DNA of 64,000 nt, from the IMG/VR virus record IMGVR_UViG_3300028591_000006, positions 64,001-128,000 of that record; one strand, written 5' to 3'. Both the position numbers and the translations under genes were made by a program. The notes beneath the pieces were generated by a model, which saw nothing but the letters and a program-made list of their open reading frames with translations, made no database searches and was not told the DNA's origin. Source of the DNA: a virus. Taxonomy: Duplodnaviria > Heunggongvirae > Uroviricota > Caudoviricetes. This document shows, piece after piece, positions 1-8,811 of the stretch (position 1 is the stretch's first letter; each line of letters starts with the position of its first letter).

Positions 1-930
1 AGTGTAATAAACTTTTCCTCTAGCATCTCTTACCTGGATAGACATTCCTTCAGGGAGTTGTGGTTCAATTGCTGCTAATGCTTTTTGTATACCATCTTTT
101 GTGAACATCTTTGCATAAAGAAGTCTATCAGTCTGACCCCAGTCATCACCGACAGGGAAATAACGTTTATCTTTAGCCTGATTATCTTTGGAATAAAGGA
201 AAAGATTAATTCCATCTGGAACTCTGTTAATCCAATCTGTTGAAGACTTGATTGGTTTGCGAGAAGAATTTACTGGAACTACTTCGCCATCAATATCATC
301 TGCTAAATCGCAAGCATCTTCATAGCTCATAGGAGTTCCGATAACACCACCGTTCTGGTCAAGAACATTGTATTTAATTCCAAGCATTGGTTTTTGGTTT
401 CTACGAATTGCCTTTTTAATACCCTTTGAAATATCTTCTCCAGACATACTTTCCATCTTATTTTTCAAATCACTTACATCATTTTCAAGAGAAGATTTCA
501 CCGGTTTCTTAGCAGACTGAATATAAGAATCAACATCATACATGTTGTTTCCTTTTTCATACTTATCACGAAGCATATCCATTCCGCCACCAGCTTCAAA
601 GAAATTATCGAGGAAATCTCTTACTCTATTCTGTGTACCTTCAAAAGGATATTCAGGACTTTCTTTTGCATAATTCCAAGAATAAGCAATGAGGTCTTCG
701 TATGTAGCACCATTTGTAAAATGTACCTTTACATAACAAAATCCGGTGTCCATGAACTCAAAAAATAAACGAACAGAATAGTCATTATGCTCTGCCATAA
801 CCCAGGAATATCCCTGACCATAACCTTCTTTCATCCACCACCCATTGTATGTTGGACCTACATTTTTATAAACAATATTTGCTGTATCATAAGCAAGTTC
901 TTCAGATTCCATAGAAGATTTCACTAACAT
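1..930 (-). CDS. Partial (runs off window edge) late modular protein of the IKS-motif family; putative internal head/cargo protein
   Basis: Missing from ORF track; hand-translated open frame from ATG at 930 (MLVKSSMESEELAY...) to the edge; linkers YIQSAKKPVKSS and VPVNSSRKPIKSS; late promoter motif at 959-968. Confidence 0.75.
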   Translation of the reverse strand, partial: MLVKSSMESEELAYDTANIVYKNVGPTYNGWWMKEGYGQGYSWVMAEHNDYSVRLFFEFMDTGFCYVKVHFTNGATYEDLIAYSWNYAKESPEYPFEGTQNRVRDFLDNFFEAGGGMDMLRDKYEKGNNMYDVDSYIQSAKKPVKSSLENDVSDLKNKMESMSGEDISKGIKKAIRRNQKPMLGIKYNVLDQNGGVIGTPMSYEDACDLADDIDGEVVPVNSSRKPIKSSTDWINRVPDGINLFLYSKDNQAKDKRYFPVGDDWGQTDRLLYAKMFTKDGIQKALAAIEPQLPEGMSIQVRDARGKVYYT

Positions 931-969
931 ATATTTCCTCTCAATATTCGTGATATTAAAATATATAAA

Positions 970-1461
970 TTATTTCTTTGTCTTGCGGCTTTCCTTTTTC
1001 TTACGATTATATTCATCACGTCTATCTACAGACTTTCTTACAGCCGGACCCTTGGCATTATGGTCAGGAAGTTCGTTTTCCTTAAGCATAAGGATACGGT
1101 TTGCAACGATACGTGGTTCCGGGATAAAGAACATCTTTACATTCTTTCTTTTCGGAGAATGTTCATAATCGTAATGGTCAAATCCGTCTTTATGTGTTTC
1201 ATAGAAATCGGCACGGAAATCTTCGATATGAACGATACCCATATTGCACAGTTCAACAAGCTGCTTGCGATAGATGTTTCCCATAGGTGCTGAGTAATCA
1301 AGATATACTGCGAAATCATCAAGAGTTCCAACATAACTGTTTGACTTGAGTACAGCTTTCTGGAATGTACTGAATCTGCTCCATCTGTCGGCAAACTCAA
1401 ATACATCTACGAATGTACCAATCATCTGAACTTCATCTTTTGTTTTCTTTTCTTCGAACAT
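970..1461 (-). CDS. Hypothetical protein
   Basis: 163-aa ORF with SD (GGAG), in tandem with upstream gene. Confidence 0.7.
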   Translation of the reverse strand: MFEEKKTKDEVQMIGTFVDVFEFADRWSRFSTFQKAVLKSNSYVGTLDDFAVYLDYSAPMGNIYRKQLVELCNMGIVHIEDFRADFYETHKDGFDHYDYEHSPKRKNVKMFFIPEPRIVANRILMLKENELPDHNAKGPAVRKSVDRRDEYNRKKKESRKTKK

Positions 1462-1464
1462 AAT

Positions 1465-2253
1465 TTACTCCTTGTTCAATACTGTTTTTGCTCTACCCTT
1501 TACCATGGTAGACTCTATAAATCTAACCTGACCCTTACAATTTACGTACCAGTCAGAATTAAGATGACGGAAATATCCGCTGCGGAAATGTGGTCGTACA
1601 AAACCATGTTCCACAGTTCTGTGGGAAACAACCTTGTCAGAAAGAGAAATGCTCTTTGCTTTAGGGTTTCTCTTTACACCATTTGGAACTCCATCTACAA
1701 CACACTCAGGAAAAGCATTGATGTAGAACAGGAAATTAAGTGCAAGATTATATGGAGCTGCTTTCTCATTACATTCTTCCACACAGAAAGTAGTATTCAT
1801 ACCATCATCAAAAACTGTAATGAAATGCTTTCCGTTAGGCATCTTTGTGTAAAGGATTGTGCAGCTATAATTCTGTCCGATAACTCCCCAGAACGTTCCG
1901 TTCTCATGGGTTTCAAGGGTGTCAAGAATATTCTGAACTTCCTTCTGACGAACTTCTGTTGTTCTGAAGAAATCAAACAGGCTGTCATCTTTAAGATAGT
2001 ATCTGTCGATTCCATATTCAAGGTCAGTAAGGACAGCAACAACTTCATAAACATACTGATACTTTGCTGAAGTAGGTGACATAGCACTCAGCCAGATAAG
2101 ACTGAATTCTTCAAGTCCACGTGCCTGGCACATGTAGTTGAGTGTCAGTCCTCTCTTGTCGCTGAGTGAGCGTGAAGGATAGTACTTGCATACCTGTTTG
2201 TAAATGTCGTTGTACTGATTCATCTGAATGTTCAGGATATTCCTATATGACAT
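1465..2253 (-). CDS. Hypothetical protein with C-terminal RPHFRSGYFRH motif
   Basis: Start re-placed at ATG 2253 behind AAGGAG; the track start at 2373 overlaps the upstream gene. Confidence 0.7.
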   Translation of the reverse strand: MSYRNILNIQMNQYNDIYKQVCKYYPSRSLSDKRGLTLNYMCQARGLEEFSLIWLSAMSPTSAKYQYVYEVVAVLTDLEYGIDRYYLKDDSLFDFFRTTEVRQKEVQNILDTLETHENGTFWGVIGQNYSCTILYTKMPNGKHFITVFDDGMNTTFCVEECNEKAAPYNLALNFLFYINAFPECVVDGVPNGVKRNPKAKSISLSDKVVSHRTVEHGFVRPHFRSGYFRHLNSDWYVNCKGQVRFIESTMVKGRAKTVLNKE

Positions 2254-2263
2254 AACTTGCTCC

Positions 2264-2491
2264 TTATTTGTTATAATCTTCTTTAGTATAAAGGAATGTA
2301 AACCAGCCACGATATTTCTTAGATTCTCCGAATTTGACTCCATTTTTAAGGAATCTCCATCCACAATATTCAACTGTAATCTGAGTCTTAGTTACTTTTG
2401 TAACTTTTGTATAATTAATCATTTCCTGACCAGCACCGCCACACTGGCGTACTACAACTTCGTCACCAACTTTAACATTGTTCAAATCCAT
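2264..2491 (-). CDS. Small hypothetical early protein
   Basis: AAGGAGCAAATT-ATG directly downstream of sigma70-type promoter. Confidence 0.7.
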   Translation of the reverse strand: MDLNNVKVGDEVVVRQCGGAGQEMINYTKVTKVTKTQITVEYCGWRFLKNGVKFGESKKYRGWFTFLYTKEDYNK

Positions 2492-2506
2492 AATTTGCTC
2501 CTTAAA

Positions 2507-2555
2507 TAGTTTTACTATCTGTAATAAATATACTACCTTGTATAACGCTTGTCAA
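2507..2555 (-). promoter_or_regulatory. Early sigma70-like promoter, class A (TTGACA-17-TATATT plus conserved leader)
   Basis: Shares 29-bp TAGTATATTTATTACAGATAGTAAAACTA with copies at 23352 and 61538. Confidence 0.8.
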
Positions 2556-2633
2556 GAAAAAAAATAAAAAAAACACCAAAATTCATAAGAATTTCAGTGT
2601 TTTTAACAGTTTTTTCAGAATGTACAGCGGAAA

Positions 2634-3095
2634 TTATTTTTCCTTAGCACTCTTCTTCATCAGTTTTTCCATGTTCTTCTGCATTTCTTTAAAGCCTTTC
2701 TGCATGGTTTCAAGCTGCTTACTCTGAGCGTCAATCAGTTTAGCCTGTGTTTCCACAAGTTTCTGAAGGGCAGGGTCACTTCCTGAAGATTTTGATTCAT
2801 TAGCGTGAAGAGTATTTTCATTGAATCGTTTAAGATTATTCTGTTTCTTCTCGTTGATGATTTTCCAGTCTTCATCTGTAAGCTGCTTGATAAACTTTCC
2901 ATCTTTACCAACAATCTGTGCCTCACAGACTACTGGTTTGCGAAGTGAAAGAAGTTCATAAGCATCTTCAATAGATACTTCTGTTCCCTGATTTTTTGTA
3001 CCAGGTTCTACAAGCCAGATACGGATTGTATTTCCATGGCTTGTTACTGAACAGAACTTGCCGCTGATTGGCTGTACACGAATTGTTCTTCCCAT
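2634..3095 (-). CDS. Hypothetical protein with C-terminal coiled coil
   Basis: 153-aa ORF with SD. Confidence 0.7.
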   Translation of the reverse strand: MGRTIRVQPISGKFCSVTSHGNTIRIWLVEPGTKNQGTEVSIEDAYELLSLRKPVVCEAQIVGKDGKFIKQLTDEDWKIINEKKQNNLKRFNENTLHANESKSSGSDPALQKLVETQAKLIDAQSKQLETMQKGFKEMQKNMEKLMKKSAKEK

Positions 3096-3291
3096 AGGAT
3101 TCTCCTTTATATTTAGTTAAAATATAATAACTATTCTACAAAAATGATAGAAATTTTTTCTTCAGAAACATTGAACTCTATTTTGAAATCAGATATCTCT
3201 TTGTGGGTTTTATCATCTTTAAGGACCACAGAAACATGATGTGCTCCAAAACCCTGATGTGCCTTATCCTGAAAGATACCAACGAATTTAC

Positions 3292-3570
3292 TTAACTCCA
3301 TTCTGTTCTCCGTTCAGATGGAATAACTTCTTCAAATACCTTATGCAACTCAGCAATAAGTTTATCACCAAAATGAGCAATTGATTTACAAAGGTATAAT
3401 GAAAATTGACTGATTTCAGGCTGCTCTTCACTTTCTGCTTTCATCGTAAAGGCAAGTACATACTCAAACAGGAATTTTTCATCCGGACTGTCCGTAAACT
3501 TTTCGTAAAATGAAAGAAGGAAGTTTCTGAAAGATTCTGTACAATAATCAAAAGTTTCTTTTTTTGTCAT
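3292..3570 (-). CDS. Hypothetical protein
   Basis: 92-aa ORF with AAGGAG SD. Confidence 0.6.
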   Translation of the reverse strand: MTKKETFDYCTESFRNFLLSFYEKFTDSPDEKFLFEYVLAFTMKAESEEQPEISQFSLYLCKSIAHFGDKLIAELHKVFEEVIPSERRTEWS

Positions 3571-3598
3571 AAATACTCCTTATCTTTAATTATAGAAA

Positions 3599-4504
3599 TT
3601 ATTTGTCTTTCATACCCTTGGAAATACTCTGTTTTGCTTTCGGACAGCGACCGGGAACAAATCCTTCCGGACATTCGAACTGCATTACTTCTATGATTCC
3701 ATTGTTATAGTAATGACGACCTTTATTGGCTTTGCTGATGTTAGCTTTACATTTATCAGATTTGGCTATTCCACGATGTCCATCAGCAACTTTCTTAGTA
3801 TGAGCCTTTCTTTGTTCTTCGGAAAGATTATTCCACCAGTCTTTACGGCTTTGACTTCTTTTTTCAGAACCAGCAGCTGTATTGGTTCTTCCTGGTCGGA
3901 AACCATCCGGACATGATTCTGCAACAGTATCTATAATACCATTAGTATACCATTTCTTACCTTTGATTTGTTTAAGAGATTTATTACGTTCTGAATTGAT
4001 TCTTCGTTGTTCCTGACCTTCGGCAGACATCCAGTAAGCACTAATAGAATTTTTATGTTTTTGTTTGGATTCTTCGGAAAATACCTGTTTCTGACGGGCT
4101 GCTGATATTTTCTTTCTTATTTCTGCACCTCTTTCACTTGCGTGTAATTTTCGTATAGATTTTGAAATCTTTTCATTTACAGTTTCTCCAAGATTTCCAC
4201 CATTACCACCATCCGAGATATTATAATTGGCAAGACCTATAGAACGATAATATTCAATATATCTCTTCTCAAGAATATCAGCATCTTGTTTTGTAATACA
4301 TTTCTCAAGAACTTTTTTCTCGAAATTTTCTATGCCATATTTAGGTATTGCATACTCTAATAAAATTTTACCAGAGCCTAAATACCCATCTGTTTCAGGT
4401 GTTTCTCCTTTATAAAGAGTTCTTTGACCAATATAATTGTGTCCATTGATTTTGTTAGTCGTTACGTAAATGTAATGATACAATATTACCCTTTTCATAA
4501 GCAT
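3599..4504 (-). CDS. Free-standing GIY-YIG homing endonuclease with NUMOD3-like repeats
   Basis: YIYVTTNKINGHNYIGQ...YLGSG...E..YI...YNIS.GG.GG catalytic pattern; HS/FSEE..K repeats; WYTNG..CP.GF repeats. Confidence 0.9.
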   Translation of the reverse strand: MLMKRVILYHYIYVTTNKINGHNYIGQRTLYKGETPETDGYLGSGKILLEYAIPKYGIENFEKKVLEKCITKQDADILEKRYIEYYRSIGLANYNISDGGNGGNLGETVNEKISKSIRKLHASERGAEIRKKISAARQKQVFSEESKQKHKNSISAYWMSAEGQEQRRINSERNKSLKQIKGKKWYTNGIIDTVAESCPDGFRPGRTNTAAGSEKRSQSRKDWWNNLSEEQRKAHTKKVADGHRGIAKSDKCKANISKANKGRHYYNNGIIEVMQFECPEGFVPGRCPKAKQSISKGMKDK

Positions 4505-4633
4505 TCTCCTTTTTGGAATGATTATGAGAACCTTTTTATATAATTAAGGTAAACATAAGCAATTCCACATCAATTGTTTGTGTTATTTAGGCTATGGATA
4601 TTCGGTGTATCCATAGTCGTTTAAGATGATTTC

Positions 4634-4662
4634 AATATAATATGAAACATAATTATTGTCAA
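4634..4662 (-). promoter_or_regulatory. Sigma70-like promoter upstream of GIY-YIG gene
   Basis: TTGACA-17 nt-TATATT on minus strand. Confidence 0.65.
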
Positions 4663-4668
4663 TAAAAA

Positions 4669-4694
4669 AAAGACCACCCTTTCGGATGGTCTTT
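4669..4694 (-). terminator. Intrinsic terminator after major capsid gene
   Basis: AAAGACCA/TGGTCTTT stem; U-run on minus strand. Confidence 0.75.
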
Positions 4695-4716
4695 GTTGTT
4701 TTATGTGGCTTTAAGG

Positions 4717-6177
4717 TTACTCGATAACGAACTTAAGCATTGAATTTTCGAATGCACGGGTACCACCAAGCATACAACCCATACCCTGAATAGAGTGCAG
4801 GTCATCCATAGCAAGAGGGTTTGTAGCGTAGAGAGAAATGAATGAACCTGTAAGATAAGATGCATCCATATCATCACGCTTGTATCCCATAAGTGCGGTA
4901 TCTTCATCGAAGTCCTGGTTCTTAAGAACCTTGAAACGATTGAAGAGTGTACCGGCAACATAAGGTCCGATTGGTTCAGCAGAGTAAGAGTTAGCTGACC
5001 AGATATCCTTGCTGTTGTAGAAGTTAGCAGAAAGAGATTCGATAATGTTCATCAACTTAGAACCTGCAACAATCCAGTTAGCACCAGAACGTGCAATGTT
5101 CTTACGAATTTCGTTGCTTGCTTCAATGATTGACTGAAGAACAGACATGTTATGTTCAATCTGTGAAACTCCAGATGGAAGGATTGAATTCCATGTTGCT
5201 GTACCTTCTGCACGAGCGAGCATTTCGTCAAACATATTACAGCTGATTTCCTTGTTAATCAGACCACCAAGGCTTGTAGAAAGAACCTGGTCGATATCAT
5301 ATCCGTTGAGAACCTGCTTTGCAGCATAGAAGTCATCAAGAGAATATGTTGAGCGGAGTCTGTAAGGATTTGCTGTGATTGTCTTAGACTTCCATTCAAG
5401 AATAATCTGAGCAGGTTTCTTACCACCAACATAGTTATCAGGTGTTGCACCCCAGTCATAGCGGTATTTGATAGAAACTTCAGCACCACTTGCAGCGGCA
5501 TTGAGTGTAATTGCAACATCACCACTCTCGTAGTCTACTGTACCTGAATCAATTACATTAAGAACAGGAGTAATCTGTCCTTTTCCGTCATCAAGTGTGA
5601 ATGCGTTAGCAACACCAGAAACTGTGATTTCAAGTGTGTTAGGGAGCATTGTTCCTTCAGGAGCAGTAAATGTTACATCTGTTCCAGATACAGTTGCATC
5701 AGCACCTACCTTGTTTGTTGTGTAAGTGTTATCCTTAGCCCAGTTTGTTGCACCAAGAAGAGCTGTACCCTTTGTGATACCGTTGCGGTTTTCGTTAGCG
5801 GTAATCTGTGGATAGAAGATTGGTGATTCTTTTGTTGGCATTGGCTGAACGCCGCAAACTTCTGTGTAAGCGAAGTTTGGAATCAAAATAGAATAGAGGT
5901 TGTAAAGGATAGAAATTGGATTGTCTACCTTTGAAATGTCTGATACGGCAGACTTAATTTCTTCTTTTGATTTCTTGCCGGTAGTCAGCATTACGTTTGT
6001 AACCTGCTGAAGAGAGTTCTTAAGAACTGCCTCTTTTTCCTTAGACATCTTTGTTCCCCAGCGTTTTGCATATGCGTCTCTTGACTGTGCAATGAGATTG
6101 TTATGCAAAGGGTCAACTGAAGAATTAATCTGTGTAATGGTTGAGTTGAGTTTAGCCTGTGCTTCTTCTCTTGTCAT
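4717..6177 (-). CDS. gp23: Major capsid protein, T4 gp23-like, with inserted beta-rich domain
   Basis: VCGVQPM..P..IFY motif, EINKEI, ANWIV.., motif order of gp23 family; 486 aa; near prohead protease. Confidence 0.9.
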   Translation of the reverse strand: MTREEAQAKLNSTITQINSSVDPLHNNLIAQSRDAYAKRWGTKMSKEKEAVLKNSLQQVTNVMLTTGKKSKEEIKSAVSDISKVDNPISILYNLYSILIPNFAYTEVCGVQPMPTKESPIFYPQITANENRNGITKGTALLGATNWAKDNTYTTNKVGADATVSGTDVTFTAPEGTMLPNTLEITVSGVANAFTLDDGKGQITPVLNVIDSGTVDYESGDVAITLNAAASGAEVSIKYRYDWGATPDNYVGGKKPAQIILEWKSKTITANPYRLRSTYSLDDFYAAKQVLNGYDIDQVLSTSLGGLINKEISCNMFDEMLARAEGTATWNSILPSGVSQIEHNMSVLQSIIEASNEIRKNIARSGANWIVAGSKLMNIIESLSANFYNSKDIWSANSYSAEPIGPYVAGTLFNRFKVLKNQDFDEDTALMGYKRDDMDASYLTGSFISLYATNPLAMDDLHSIQGMGCMLGGTRAFENSMLKFVIE

Positions 6178-6228
6178 AGTAATTATTCTCCTTTATGAAT
6201 AACTATTTAATTTTTCCAACACTCTAAC

Positions 6229-6252
6229 AGAGTGGCTTATTTCAGCCACTCT
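6229..6252 (-). promoter_or_regulatory. Hairpin in 5' leader of capsid mRNA
   Basis: AGAGTGGCT-6 nt-AGCCACTCT between late promoter motif (6287-6296) and capsid ATG. Confidence 0.5.
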
Positions 6253-6314
6253 TGCTCTAAAACGAACGTTGGTGGCATTGTATACTAAATATATAAATGT
6301 TGCTGCTCGGAAAG

Positions 6315-7607
6315 TTAATCGTTCAGATAATTGCAAAGTTCCTGACCAGGATTCCAGATGACTTCAAACTGCAAAGTTCCAAGACTTTCATTATAATATG
6401 GGTCATCTCTCTGGTCTTCAGGAGCAAAACTTGTATCACCAGTTGAAAATTCTACAAAATATTCACCTTCATATGTATCATCCATAGTTACATAATAACT
6501 ACCATTTGTTGTTTCAGCATAACTTCTACAATTATCTTTAAATTCATACAAAGGAATTGTATCATTTACCTTACCAACTTCAGGAACATCACTTCTTGTA
6601 ATTCTTACAAAACAATCAGAAGTTGCATTATGGATTTCTGAAATCTGAGCTGCGGATTTCACAGCCTTTTTCTTTCCTTTCTTAGACCTTCCATGACATC
6701 CGGATTCGATAGGATTTGAAAGACCAATATATTCACGAATTGTATCCGGTTCAAACCAGATTAAATCATTCAGTTCGGTCATTGTCGGTGGATTTCCTTC
6801 TTCACGGAAAAGCAGCTCTTCACAGGCATTAAGAATATCATCAGGGTCAGCACCATCTTCAATCATACTGTCGAACTGGTCCTTACCGCCTGACCAGAGT
6901 CTTGTATAAAGGTCATTGCCGCTGATATCTTCTGTAACGTACATTGACTGGATTGGGCGACGAGAATTTGTAAGATAATCCTTTGCAATCTGTGCTTTAC
7001 TATCTGCTGTGAATCCATGCTGACGAAGGAACTCACGTACATGACGAATTGTTGTCTGAGAATAATCCCAATCAGGATAAAGAACAGGTTTACCATCAAC
7101 AATCTCTGCAACTAACGTACCGTAAGAATACAACTTATCATCATCGAACTCAGCTTTATTGTAGAAACTTGCTCTTGAATCATGCTGTGGTTGCAAATAT
7201 CCACGAGCCATAGATTGTACAGGTTTCTTTTTACCTTTCTTCTTTCCGCAAGCTGACGCAACAAGTTTTCCACTATTCAGTTTACGTGCAATCTGAGCAG
7301 CCTGAGTATTGAACCATTCAGCATCAGATTCTCCCGGATTGGAAACTTCAGTATCCCATACACTTCCACTTTTTGCTTCATAAGGCATTACAAAATCCCA
7401 TTCATAATCGCTCATTGCTGAATTACTAGCAAGAACGGCAATCTTCGCACAAACTGTAGGTTCATCAAATCCTTCACCCATGCCAAATGCAAGACAAAGT
7501 TCATCACCATTATTCAGATTATCAAGTGTGATATAATAAGTAGATTCAGGACTTGCAGATACGCTTTCTACACCTTTCTGAATATCCTGTGGAGTTATTT
7601 TCTTCAT
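6315..7607 (-). CDS. Acidic multi-module late protein, IKS-motif family (putative head cargo)
   Basis: Basic linkers KKKGKKKPVQS, RRPIQS, PIES..KKGKKKAVKSA separate about 4 modules; late promoter 7637-7646. Confidence 0.75.
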   Translation of the reverse strand: MKKITPQDIQKGVESVSASPESTYYITLDNLNNGDELCLAFGMGEGFDEPTVCAKIAVLASNSAMSDYEWDFVMPYEAKSGSVWDTEVSNPGESDAEWFNTQAAQIARKLNSGKLVASACGKKKGKKKPVQSMARGYLQPQHDSRASFYNKAEFDDDKLYSYGTLVAEIVDGKPVLYPDWDYSQTTIRHVREFLRQHGFTADSKAQIAKDYLTNSRRPIQSMYVTEDISGNDLYTRLWSGGKDQFDSMIEDGADPDDILNACEELLFREEGNPPTMTELNDLIWFEPDTIREYIGLSNPIESGCHGRSKKGKKKAVKSAAQISEIHNATSDCFVRITRSDVPEVGKVNDTIPLYEFKDNCRSYAETTNGSYYVTMDDTYEGEYFVEFSTGDTSFAPEDQRDDPYYNESLGTLQFEVIWNPGQELCNYLND

Positions 7608-7650
7608 ATATTTCCTCGCTTAAAATGTTTATATGGAAATATATAATAAA

Positions 7651-7680
7651 AGACCCCTACGAACTTAATCATAGGGGTCT
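7651..7680. terminator. Stem-loop terminator
   Basis: AGACCCCTA...TAGGGGTCT inverted repeat in intergenic gap. Confidence 0.6.
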
Positions 7681-7706
7681 AAGGAAGGTATTAATATGGC
7701 TTATTA

Positions 7707-8063
7707 TTAATTATTCAATAATTCAAAACATTTAGAGAAGTTTTCATCGGTTATGAACTTCCCTTCACCTTTCTTACGTTCAAAACCAACCTTTTCAATT
7801 TTTATAGTCGAATCGATTTCTTCTTCAGTAAACACAGGCTCATGTTCAGGAAGATTTATTAATATATCGCTGCCATAAACAATATACAAATTACCTTCAT
7901 ACACAAACAATTCATTTTCAGAATCATATACAAATCTATTAACATGATGTGGATTTTTAGGAATATATCTGATATTCCTGTTTTTCCAGATAGTTTTATA
8001 GATTCTAAAAGCCAATTCGTCTTTCTTCAAAAAAGTAATTTTAATCATAATTTTGCTCCTCAT
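7707..8063 (-). CDS. Hypothetical protein
   Basis: 118-aa ORF, gene-dense minus-strand context. Confidence 0.6.
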   Translation of the reverse strand: MRSKIMIKITFLKKDELAFRIYKTIWKNRNIRYIPKNPHHVNRFVYDSENELFVYEGNLYIVYGSDILINLPEHEPVFTEEEIDSTIKIEKVGFERKKGEGKFITDENFSKCFELLNN

Positions 8064-8072
8064 AAGTATTAT

Positions 8073-8765
8073 TTATCCTTTTCTTCTTGTAGCATTATCA
8101 TCTACAAAATCTTTACCAAAAGCATAAGAATGTGAATTCCTACGTCTAGGTTTAGTATAAAAATAACCGTTTACATTGCCATTATCATCTCTTGAAACGC
8201 TTTTAGCTTTATCTTCAAACATACCAACAGTATCAGGTGTAGCATTAGGATTACTAGGATAATCAAACTCAGCTTCACCATTGAATCTGTGTCTGTTATT
8301 TCCATTTCTCATAGAATCATCTTTCAATGCCGGAGAATAAATAATACATTCCTGTTTGAACGGAATTGCAAAACTAGCGTCAAATTCTCTCATAAAATCG
8401 TTCATAACCTGACGGAAATCTTTATCATCAGTCATATTGATAACCATGTAAGAATGTTCATTATCTTCTTTCGATTTATCTTGAGGACCTTGATAGCCAC
8501 CATACACAGATGTAACTTTCCAACCATAATAATCGCATAATTCTCTAAGACCATCTCTCAAAGCAATTTCCATCTCCTGATTAGTATATTCCCCATCATA
8601 ATCAGGTTCTTTTCTCTGGCTTTTATCTGCTGTCAATACAACAGTTTCATGGTCATACATATATGATTTCATACGATTATAGCTTGCACTATAAATTTTA
8701 TCTTTACCGAGAATTATATCAAGACTCTGTTTATTAAGTTCATGTCCGTTCATGTGTTTTACCAC
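8073..8765 (-). CDS. Hypothetical phage protein
   Basis: 230-aa ORF (probable start M5 behind GGTGG). Confidence 0.7.
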   Translation of the reverse strand: MVKHMNGHELNKQSLDIILGKDKIYSASYNRMKSYMYDHETVVLTADKSQRKEPDYDGEYTNQEMEIALRDGLRELCDYYGWKVTSVYGGYQGPQDKSKEDNEHSYMVINMTDDKDFRQVMNDFMREFDASFAIPFKQECIIYSPALKDDSMRNGNNRHRFNGEAEFDYPSNPNATPDTVGMFEDKAKSVSRDDNGNVNGYFYTKPRRRNSHSYAFGKDFVDDNATRRKG

Positions 8766-8811
8766 CTATTATAATTATAGAAAACCCACCATTTTCAGGT
8801 GGGATGCATCT

